64,000 nt of DNA, from contig CM119371.1 of assembly GCA_051294905.1 (NCBI GenBank), positions 22,694,001 to 22,758,000 of the forward strand. Reading direction: 5' to 3'. This document shows positions 53,469 through 64,000 of this stretch, piece after piece. Source of the stretch: Botryllus schlosseri (taxonomy: Eukaryota). The position numbers and the translations under genes are program-made. Position 1 is the first letter of the stretch. The number at the start of each line of letters is the position of its first letter. The notes under the pieces were generated by a model, which had not been told where the DNA came from, ran no database searches, and saw only the letters and a list, made by a program, of their open reading frames with translations.

Positions 53469-55181
53469 TAGAGACAGGCAACATACGGCCGCGGCCGGAT
53501 CCGGCCCGCGACGTGATTTTGAGCGGCCCGCGGTGAATTTTAGTTCGTACATGATAATGTGACCCGCGGCCACAGTCTGGCGCAATCGCAAACTACTTGC
53601 TTATTACGTCAAATCAGTGCCTGTTATTCTTTATCGTGTGTGTTGAGTAAAGGGCGAGAGTGAAGGTTACGCGCACGTTCGTGAACGCGAAAAGGCTTTC
53701 AATACCGGCCTTTACGCATGTACTCAACCGTATTGAAATGATATCTTGGTAATTTTGGAAAAAAAATCCCAACCCTTGTTCGTATACAATAAATTATACC
53801 ATGCAGGGAGGCGCAACACACCGCCCGCGGTCACAATCTGCTGCAATTCTCCACTACTTGCCCAATACGTCAAATTATAGTGACTGCGGTAGGTTATTCA
53901 TTCTTTTTTTCGGACACAAATAATATTGATTTTATCTCTTCTTTAGTTCATTGTTTCTTTGCGTGCCACATGCAGCCAGAGTTTGAGGAACCTGTTCATA
54001 ACTTTCATCTACCATTATATTACATTAATAAATTCTCTGAATACTGTTTTGGTTTTATGCTTCAAACTTAAAATGTAAATTATATACGATTAATCCATGC
54101 ATAGATAATTATTGTTTAATGTATCGATTCCAGTGGTGGGATCAAGTCACTACCTTCGAGTCGCGAGTCATCTCGAGTCATTGCACATTTTGACTCGAGT
54201 CAAGTCAAGTCAATCGATTTTCGAAGGTGACTCGAGTCGATTCAAGTCACTCGATTTTTGGAGGTGACTCGAGTCAAGTCGAGTCAAGTCAAGTCAAGTC
54301 ACGAGTCAAGTCACAATTCAAGTCAAGTTGATTTTTCGAAGTACGAGGCGATAATTGCGTCATTGCATTTTGATAGCTGTTTGAAAGTTGCCATTTATTT
54401 GTAATCGAGGGACGAATATAGAGTTAAATATATACGCAAAAAAGCCTTCGTATCGCTCACGCACACGTAGAACTGCAAAACTACGTAAGTAACTGTATGT
54501 TTATGGCGTCAATCTCTAATTATATCAGTCAAAATAGAGAATAGGAAACCTGAGAAAGGTAAAACGAATTGATATGATGCAATGTACTAGCTACCTACAC
54601 ATCTGATGGATGAGGAGTAATATAAACTTAATAACTTCATTAAAATCTGATTCAAATCATACAGCATGAGGTTTCGTTAAGGTGGATACCGGTCACAATA
54701 AGCATTATATAGAAAAGATATCTAAACTGTGCCATTAGATTACTTTGCTGTTAGTTTACGAGCTCCGCTCACTTGCGGTCACTTTATTTGTGACCGAGCA
54801 ATGGAGGCTAAGTGAAACGCAATATCATTAAGTGATTACTCGCTTTCGCAGTTCACACCATCGTATCGAGAACAATCCGAATATAAGCAAGATAAGCCAT
54901 TTTTTATCGACACCGTTAATTGATGACTTGAAATTGACTCGTAAATTTTGCTCCGAGTCACGAGTCAATCCACATTTCTGAAACGCCGAGTCAAGTCAAG
55001 TCAAGTCATTTTTGGAAAGTGACTCGAGTCAAGTCAAGTCATTCGAAAAAGTGACTCGAGTCTGACTCGAGTCAAGTCATGACTCGAGTCATCCCAACAC
55101 TGATCGATTCAGGAATCCGGCCCGCCAATTACTTCCTTTCTCCATAGCCGGCCCGCCGACTGAAGAAGTTGCCCGCCCCTG
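53469..55181. mobile_element. hAT (Charlie-like) element
   Basis: cggccc subterminal repeats, right TIR gttgcccgcccctg, perfect TSD atgtaaat. Confidence 0.85.
54131..55102. mobile_element. Nested hAT element with gactcgagtc/caagt repeats
   Basis: cagtggtgggat / atcccaacactg; perfect TSD atcgattc. Confidence 0.92.
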
Positions 55182-55734
55182 ATGTAAATGAACATGTACA
55201 TGCACGCTGCGCAAAGATCTGAAATTTCATGCTAACAGTCAAATAAAACATGAAAATTCCACACACCCAATCAATAAAACAGAGAAGTTGCTGATTTAAA
55301 GCGTAGTCGAGCTGTTATTTGGCATAACTCGTACCACCGTCTTACAATATCCGTACTAAGTGAATTGTAGCAATACAAATGTCCTCAGAAATACGAGAAG
55401 CAATATCCGTCGTGGTGGAATTCATGCTAATTGTACCTTATTTACCTATGGCCCCATACCTGTAATAAGCACTATTTGCTATGTCCCATTTCCTTACTTA
55501 AAATCGAAAATATGCATTCGGTGATCGGCGTGGATTTTTATCTGGGATTGTAGTTTGTAGCAAGAATGAAAATGGGTGGGAAAAGGGACATATCAATGGT
55601 GACGTAACAGGCAAATGAGTAACATGAAGGCAATCTTATAGCAATCCTTATTTTGTCTTCGATTACTTGCGTAAGGATTGAGTTCAAGGAGGCAAAGTGA
55701 GTGTAATTGTGAGCAATCGGATTACAATTTGAAG

Positions 55735-55931
55735 GTGCTGACCACGCAATTCACGGAAGTCGGACTACGGAGTTGACATCTTCGACGGGGAAGAATAAAA
55801 TCATGTACGAAATAGAGGAGCTTTACAGCCTTCGGGACTCGCCTTTGTCGAAGGCACGTCCACCGAATTTAGAAGAAATCATGAAGGCAACGGAGCCGGC
55901 GAACCCCGAGCGGAACAGGAAAAGTCCGTGA
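55735..55931 (+). CDS. Candidate terminal exon encoding an eIF4E-binding (4E-BP/4E-T-like) motif
   Basis: Phase-1 acceptor tttgaag|gt; GADHAIHGSRTTELTSSTGKNKIMYEIEELYSLRDSPLSKARPPNLEEIMKATEPANPERNRKSP*; AATAAA 50 nt after the stop. Confidence 0.65.
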
Positions 55932-55980
55932 ATATTGACTTCCTCACCTTAAGCATATATTTATCAAATGAAGTACCATA

Positions 55981-55986
55981 AATAAA
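55981..55986 (+). promoter_or_regulatory. Polyadenylation signal candidate
   Basis: AATAAA just downstream of the TGA at 55929-55931. Confidence 0.5.
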
Positions 55987-57293
55987 CCTATAATTAGGAC
56001 TTGACCGACCCGAGCACTCGAATTCGAATCGAGTACCGAAAATCGATATGTCCTAATAACGATAAAATACGCTCTTCACACTTAGGTTAGATAACACACA
56101 GTTGAATTGATTTAAGTACCGATTATGATCGCCGTTTCCCAGACCACAAAAAGCCATGATGATGAATCCCGGTTGATAGTAACGTCTAAACTTGGGGCCA
56201 TTATTCATGCTAGAGATTTTCCAAACTTGGCAGTAGTGATTTCTCTTTCACAGTAAATTGATAGTATACCATGACGTTTCTCCAAACCTACCAGTGCATT
56301 CTTATAAAATATGTTACCATACTGACATAGTATAGAGTTTTCGTATAGTAATATCGCACCTTTGTCGTACCAGGCAATACACATTTGAGTTGGCAGAAAT
56401 TCCTTGCCTCAGTGTCATAACAGGGCGCCATAAAATTACGAGGAAATATTTACGTGTCACCGATGACTAGTGGGAAAGCATTGCGTCATGGAGCGTATAA
56501 GCCTAGTATACTACCGACATATCTTAATATAATGAGTTTATATTGGTAGCATAGTAGCAAGTACCATAGACAGAAATTAGGATGATGCATCGAAATATGA
56601 TAAACCTGTGGTTCCAAAGTTGGGTGCTAGAAGCCCCTGGTGGAATTGGTGGTCCAGAATATGGAGAAAGAGGTTATGTACTGAAGAACTCTGTTTGGGA
56701 AATCATTAAATTAATAAGGCCGTGTCGGCTTCATATTCGCTGGTATTTTGAAACCATTGCGTCAATGGTAACACCTTCTTTCAGCGACGACCGCAACGCA
56801 ACGCACGGGCCCACAGAAACAGTGAGCCTTGTGCCTTAAGCCTTCAGGCAGCATTGTTCGCTTTCCCATAAATTATTTTCTGCCCTGCCTAAAGCTTTTG
56901 GACGATTTTTTTAAATTTTTAGGTAAAACCAGAACAGAGTCGATTCATAATTTTGCTGATAAATCTGAATCCGAATTGGTGCCAGATTCGTACTTTTTCA
57001 GATACGCCCGGAGTACGTGGGTGTAAGGTGTGGGATTTATCCAGATACAGGGTCGATATTGGCATAATAGTGTTATTTGTGGTCGGAGCTGGATTGGATC
57101 AAGATTCCTGCTTTTCCTGATATGTCCGCACTCTCCACAATCGTATTGGAGTGGACCAGGGAATTCGTCGATCCGCACAGCACTAGTTCCCACTGTTTGG
57201 CGTTTTATGAAGGGAAATTGCCCATTCAGCCCTCGATGCGTTTGAGGAATTACCGTACGCTTTCGGCCCAATTTGTGTGTGTGTTACACAGTA

Positions 57294-57780
57294 ATATATA
57301 TATATATATATATATATATCGGCTTTCAATTAAATAAAAGGGCAAAAGAAAACAGGAAACAAAGGAACATCAAGATAATCAGTTTTGGGCCCTTATTAAG
57401 CGCCTCCAGCGTGGGCGGTCGTGGGCGTCTTCGAGCGATAGCCCGCGTTGCGCTAGCTCGGTCTCTATTGTTGAGCGCCATGTGGTTCTGTTCCAGCCAC
57501 CTCTGCGCCATGGCTCCGTCGGAATGTGGTTGATGATGGCGGCGGCTGGTTGATCGTCTTGATACCGCACTAGATGACCGATTAATTAAGCGTAAGCGTC
57601 GTTCAGCAGCGAGCAAACGGCATGGGACTGTTTTTGTGAGTTTGCGTAGCGCATTGGTGGATATGTGCTCCGGGTGGTGGATGCCGAGTGCGTAGCGGAG
57701 AAGTGCTATACAATATACAGTGTTTCTTGAATCGTTCGATATCGAAATACTGCATAACACGCCAACCTGAAAGTAAAACT
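57294..57780 (-). mobile_element. RTE-clade LINE 3' end with (TA)n tail
   Basis: LLRYALGIHHPEHISTNAL...RRLRL, then a frameshift to WRRGGWNRTTWRSTIETEL...AHDRPRWRRLI, matching RTE ORF C-termini. Confidence 0.8.
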
Positions 57781-59763
57781 CCGCACGATCAGTGCCAATT
57801 ACAACAGTATAGTGCAGTTTTATTCATTAAACGCGGAACAGAACCGTATTTTCGTATGACCATGAAACGTACAACTGATGTCCCCCTAATTCGGATAAAA
57901 CCGTTTCCTCCGTCAAAAGTGAGCGGAACCACTCCAGTATAGGCGTAGTGGACTTCATGGCATACTTTATTCGTAATGTAAAGCTGTATTAGAGTCTTTC
58001 GTATTCTTGCAATGTGTGTGATAATTAATAGTGCATTGTTTATGTTTTTACAGGGACCTCTTAACCAACAAAAGATCACCCAGGCGCGACAGTTTGTGCA
58101 TTCTATCGCAAATTTCTTTTCATTGACTTGCGTTGCGTCTTTTCCAGAAGCACGGTACAATTTACTGACATTCTCCTATACAACGGACCTGCAACGCATT
58201 CGTCTAATACGTTGTCGGTTTCTTGCAGTTAATTGCAGAAGTTTACGACACAATTAATATGGGGAAATATTTGCTGTCTCATATATTCCATCCATATGTA
58301 CGAGGTGTGACTGTCAAATCTATAAGATGTCGCAAATGTTGGCGCATATTGAGTGCGGGATGTAGGATTAGGAAGATAGTGTCAGTATGAACACGTGATG
58401 GGGTTTTCGGTGATTGAATTCAGTTCGCTGAGTCGGTACGGTATATCTCATTCTTTCTTTTATATCATGTGGTGATCGTCTAATTAACCAGTACAAGTAT
58501 GCAAGTATATGTCATGAGAAAGATGCAAAGAAGTTTATCTCAAGACTAATGAACCGTGCAAGGGATCGCAGAGGAGGAAGCGTTAACAACTTTTCCCAAC
58601 AACAATAATATTTTTAAAGTAGGTTTGGTAACACATGCCAGACTAGTTGTTTTGTACTTACAAAACCTTCGTTGGTATATCATGCTTCGTTGATGGGGTA
58701 TAGGCGAGTGATAATGTGATGACAATGCAATTGTGTCCCATGGTGTTTCCATAGAGAAAGACGATGGCGATGCGCATGGATATTTCCTGACAATAGGCTA
58801 AAATATGATTTGGATCAGGCTGTTCTCCATTTGTTGTGCTTGTTCGTTAGGAGGGAGTGGATATGTAAAACTTGACAGAAAATCAACCGATAGATGCATA
58901 CCCGAAACAGTTTGCAAAACAGTTCTTGCTTATCATAGAACAAATACTGAACAAAACTATAACGATGCACGGCGGTCGTCATAGAGGGTCAGCCACCATG
59001 AGAAATTTGCATCAGTGGAAACGGCCTACCAATAGTTTAATCTTCAGTTTACTAATAAACTGCCATTTCGTCGTTAGACTGATGCAAGTTTGACGAAACT
59101 TATCACTTGCAGTGGAATGAACTGGACTAATGAAGGAATCCTAATCCATAAATAGGTAGCAGAATATGAAATAATTACTATAGTCATATGTATCAAGGTA
59201 ACAACTACTACGCGATAGTAACAAAGAGGACCAAACGTAATATTATCCTTATTCAATCGGTCTACGTGCGTATACAGGGTCGTGGCTCGTGGGCAGCTCC
59301 TGAAAAATCGAACTCGGCTACTGAAATTTGGGCTTTTTATCTTTCTCTGCTAGCTATTTTCTTCCCGTCTTCCACTATCTTTAATGTGGTGAGCTGAGTC
59401 GATATGGGGGTCGCCTAATATTTTACTTACTGGCTGCTGAAATCAATCAATGGCTTGGTTGTGCTCATCATCGTCAACGCAGTCAGAAGAAGGGATGGTT
59501 GGCTTATTTCGACGTTCTAACCTGATATTTCAGTTTATGATTTAAGGTTGCGGGCGCTAATAAGTATATTTACATTATTGACTGCCATGCTACCATTGAA
59601 CACCATCCACTCATGGCGAAGATAATTTACAGCTCTTTCAAAACAAAGAACAGATGAGATAATGTGCCACTTGATTCCTAATGGAAGGCGACATTGAATA
59701 CAACCAAACACAATACCCAATATGTAGTGCTGGAGGATTAGGCTTCGGTCCGAGCAACATCAT

Positions 59764-60028
59764 CATATCGTCGCAGTGGAATCAAAGTATCTTATGTCCA
59801 GTTTTCAAATTTTTAAGCTCCCTTCTTAAAACTTGAAAAAAATCTACTTTTCTAAAATTTTTGTATTTCTTTCGGTCATATCTCAGCCATGCTTATGTCT
59901 GTCTCAGTGTATCAAAGTTAATCGGGGCCAATATATGGCTGAGAGAAGATGAAAATTTCACTCAAAGTTAATTTTCCCAAAATGTGTAAAATGGACATAA
60001 GATACTTTGATTCCACTGCGACGATATG
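59764..60028. mobile_element. MITE with perfect 37-bp TIRs (superfamily unassigned)
   Basis: catatcgtcgcagtggaatcaaagtatcttatgtcca and its exact reverse complement at 59992-60028. Confidence 0.88.
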
Positions 60029-61069
60029 TCTGTGGTTTCCACCTGTATAGTTGATTTGAACTATTTCAGGATGCCGCGATATAATGAGATATTACTATAA
60101 TACGGTCAGGTCGGTTCGTTCGTTTAGCTTGAACCTTTTAGGTGTGGGTTTAAGTATTTAAAACCAGCTGACCGTGTGGTGTCTGGTGCACTGACTACTA
60201 TAGCATATCTGCGTTAAGACTTGAATTCCTTGATGAGACAGCGGAATTATGCGCAACAAAAACTAGATTCAGTGTTGTGACAAAATATAAGGAGCATTAT
60301 TTCGGTGCTCCTTGATTATCCAGAATCATGATGATTTTCGGAATACGGTGCGACTTGGTCCCTGCCTAGTACCACATTTATATTTACTGACTATGTGTGG
60401 CAGTTTACCTTTCCAATATAGCACGACTTGAGTATGCGTTATTGTCACCGGCTTGAACCAACAAGTCCCTTTTGATTTCGTCCTAGCAACTATATACCCG
60501 ATGCCGTACGCTATTAATATATCTGAATCAATCCGAATCCAGTGTATTTTCTGTTCCATAAGTAACAAAAATTTTTCGTTACATACATAACTTGAAGGAT
60601 TAAATTTATTGGCCTTATTAACTTTCCTTGGGTGATATCAACGATAGAACATCTCTTATTTAATCATGTTTATTCAAATATTATAAGATTTCTGAGTCAT
60701 CTCGAAAGGAACGTCAAAAGACACGTCAAAAGACACAATGATTAGCAATAAATATTAAAATCATTGAAATGTTTACGTTTTGTGAAAATCAGGTTCCCAT
60801 GGTTATGTTCTTTCGACAGTTCGTTTTGCGCGACAGTAATATGGGAGTTGTGATACCGATGGATTAAGAAATTACACAATGATCTCTGGCTCCCAAATCT
60901 TCAGTCTATAGGAGCAGATTCTATGCTAGCTCAACACTTTGATACAAGCTCTACCTACCGGACATATGCACAATACATTAATATCGGTCTTTTGCAAAAA
61001 TAGTTGTGGACGTTCAAAATTTGTAGCTCGAACGCTTCATCGGTCCCCACCGGGAGGGTCGGGAGGAAC

Positions 61070-61200
61070 CAGGGCTGTGGAGTCGGTAAATTTTATCACC
61101 CATTCCGGCGCCGACTCCGACTCCACACATTTTCAACATACCGACTCCGACTCCTGAGTCTTTAAACGTACCGACTCCGAATCCGACTCCAACAGTATTA
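61070..61200. mobile_element. hAT MITE arm with (ccgact)n repeats
   Basis: cagggctgtggagtcgg terminus followed by ccgactccgactcc arrays; the other end was not found. Confidence 0.7.
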
Positions 61201-62489
61201 CCAATTTACTTCGAAAGTCATATGCCACACTGTCGGTTGAATGACTATCATACAACCAATACACATATGCAAGCATATGATTTACCGTGGCATGAAAAAT
61301 TGTTTCATTGTGGCACAGCTCGAATTATCCACTATGCAATTAACATGAAATAATGATTTGCTAAATATCCGCTCTTTTTCATATTTTATAAGTTTTTATA
61401 ACATGGACTCTCTAATATCATAATATGGATGAATCATTCAAATATTATATGTATCCAACCCTGTCTAATTAAAATGTAGATAAAAAATCCAAGAGAAGCT
61501 CTTCCACATGTGTATGAGTCAGCAACTAATACAGACATTGAACTTACTGATTTTCTTATTATACACACTATACTGATTACAAGCACACACACTCTTACTA
61601 CTAGTAGACATTGGTCATAATTGAAATTCAATAAGTAATCCAATACCATAGCTTATATGTCTAGTCTAGTATTTAAAGTCTTTCTTGATCATTTGTTCGA
61701 CCCAAACAGCTAAGTTGCACTACAAATATTTTTAATTTTGTCAGGTGGGAAGCATCGTTTGGTTATATTTACATCAATTTTACAATTTAACAAAACCAGC
61801 CAATGCATTTTCTCTGTCACAATATCATGTTATAATTCCAAAAATTGCATCAATTTTGACTGCATCGCGAAAATGCATATTGCGATTTTCTTCCTCTCTG
61901 CAACTGAATTGTAATTTGTAAGTAATGTCTAATTATATCGATATCAGGGGTGGCCAACTTTTTCGGCCAAAGGGACACATGAGATTTACGAACCATTGCG
62001 TGGGCAACTGGAATGTTGATAACCTATTTTTAGTCGTCCGATTGGAACGAAGCGAATTAGGTAACATTACAAACAAGACTTATATTACTATGCTCCAAAA
62101 TTGATAACCGAATTATGTCATGAAACTGTGCAGTGTGCAGTCATGCCCTGGTCGCGCCAAGCGCGAAATTTTTTCATAGGTTATGACTGAATTTTATCAA
62201 TAAGTATATTACTAACATATATTGGGGGTGCATCTGTATACCACTGGTCTCATTTGGCAAGGACAGGATTATTCGACGTTTAAATATAGCAATATCGACG
62301 GTTTCGGTGAACATGCCTCTATCATTTTGTGCAAATGTTTCGTCGTCGAAGATCTCGCTGCGAGTGCACAAGCGAAGCCGCATGTTAGGCGACACGTTAT
62401 CTCGTGATTGCGAATATAGTTCGACTCAATTCTATAAATAACATGTATTTATAATTTTCAGAAAGGGGCCCCAATACTGAATGCAAAAA

Positions 62490-62730
62490 ATCTATGCAGG
62501 TACAATTTGACGTCAGCTAATCGGTGTGCAAGCTCCGTCTTGACTTCTCACGGGTTTGCAGTATTCACCAACTTTTCGGTGGTAAGAAGTACTTTCTTTA
62601 TGCTGAAGGTCCCGCATTTCAGTATTTCGCAAAGAACGAACTGAAAACAAAACGATGCTGTAGTAAGTTTAAAAGGTTCACAAATGTTCGTTTGAATCAC
62701 CTTTAAAGGTTTAAAAATCTTCTTCTGTCT
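62490..62730 (-). pseudogene. Truncated duplicate of the sulfotransferase intron/last-exon junction
   Basis: ttttcag|FVLCEILKCGTFSIKKVLLTTEKLVNTANP*EVKTELAHRLADVKL aligns with ~3215-3470, including intron sequence. AGA>TGA stop at 62548-62550 and IPK>ILK. Confidence 0.88.
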
Positions 62731-64000
62731 CGTAATAAATGAATTACATGCCTCCATCATTCTTTCACCTTGATTACTCGTCTTGTGTTAAAACGAACAA
62801 GTAATGTTGATTGTGTCATAGCCTAACGAGTAGAATTGTGAACCGAATTAGGCGGATAATTGTCCTAATTAACCTGCGTTGTTTAGCCCACGTGCAAATT
62901 TTACTTTTGTTCCGTTCCTGAGAATTTTCGCGTATTAAAGTGATTGTCCGGGTTATCCGAATTTATCAGAATTTACTGTGTTCTATATCTATGTATTGAG
63001 TCTAGCAGAAATTTCCATTCACATATAGTTTTGGGCGTTTGGCTCATTATATATCTGAATACAGTACATTCTGACATGGATGCATGAGAAAGTTACGAGA
63101 GAGACAGTAAAAAAATTAGACGCTTGTTCGACGCCAAATAAGCTTGAGTGACTGCGGTCTTGAAGACTACCATCATATCGGGTCTCCCAGTCTTTACCAT
63201 GCCGATGCAATGTATGTTAGGCAAAAATCATTCCATTTTCGCACTCGAACGCTAGTGACTATTACCTACTGTATTTCACGGTGGGTAAATAAAAGAAATC
63301 TCTCTCTCTCTTTCTCTATTGTGCGTTTCAGATACACTTTACCAAATATTCGATAGTGAGCGCCCAAGAGCATCCTGAAAACAATCTTAAATAAACATGC
63401 TGAGTGACTCATCGTTGTCACCCAAGTCTTATCTCAGATAATTGACATGATCGTCGTGATGGATGGCACAGTGAATCGGCACCGGCACTTATCTGAGCTG
63501 TATTTTGATTACGGCATAGAGATTTTTGACAAAGCGACGAAAGGTATTTTTAGGGAATTATTATAGCGTTAGATTATCCCAGTTGATACAATTGGTGACG
63601 TTTAAAGAGCCACCATGGACTTCAGCAGTTCAGCATTGTGGCTTGAGTCGCCGGAAGTGCAGTTAGAATTAGCAATATGACGTCACAGGATTTTGATCAC
63701 GCTCTCGTTCACATTATAATTTTTATTACTATTGCCGTAACACAATGGCGCATATCGCCTTTTTCAGGCTACGTGCGTCATAGAAACGATTTTTTTTTGT
63801 AATCCCATATTATCTTTGACTTTCGTAATCTTTTAGGAATGATTTCATTTTTTCTCTCAAGTAATCGTCAGTCTTTCTCGCACCAATGCGCCGCATCTAC
63901 GTCTCTGCTGCCTACTCGTGGCACGGTTCACTTTCAGTCTGGGCAATGCACTACCTCAGTAATGAGACCAGCGATGAAGAGCCCAGAGAAACCTTCGTCA

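Noticed and set aside
55676..55734. 21-nt micro-exon (55676-55696) plus a 38-nt intron before the eIF4E-motif exon
   Set aside because: Phases are compatible and gtgagt is a good donor, but the intron is very short; left unresolved without transcript data.

Overview
Eukaryotic (metazoan) genomic DNA: AT-rich, with GT-AG introns and a very dense load of non-autonomous DNA transposons. The features suggest an invertebrate such as an ascidian, but that is inference only. Two spliced genes can be reconstructed by eye. (1) A minus-strand Golgi carbohydrate sulfotransferase of the HNK-1ST/CHST8-14 family, complement(join(2687..3355,5776..5967,8600..8683)), with a truncated genomic duplicate near 62.5-62.7 kb. 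(2) A plus-strand gene built around a single 840-bp exon (47579..48418) encoding an IRE1-like Ser/Thr kinase. It has no visible luminal, transmembrane or KEN/RNase domain. Its candidate terminal exon (55735..55931), absent from the ORF track, encodes a close match to the eIF4E-binding helix and elbow of 4E-BP and 4E-T; this is the most interesting signal in the window, although the splice link is not proven. The rest is largely hAT-type MITEs with 8-bp target-site duplications (TSDs), including ~30-bp elements made only of terminal inverted repeats (TIRs). There is also a Mutator-like foldback element, tRNA-derived SINEs, RTE LINE ends, a Penelope-like fragment carrying a minimal hammerhead ribozyme, and three diverged tandem copies of a multi-kb decayed coding-like unit of unknown identity (13.6-38.3 kb).
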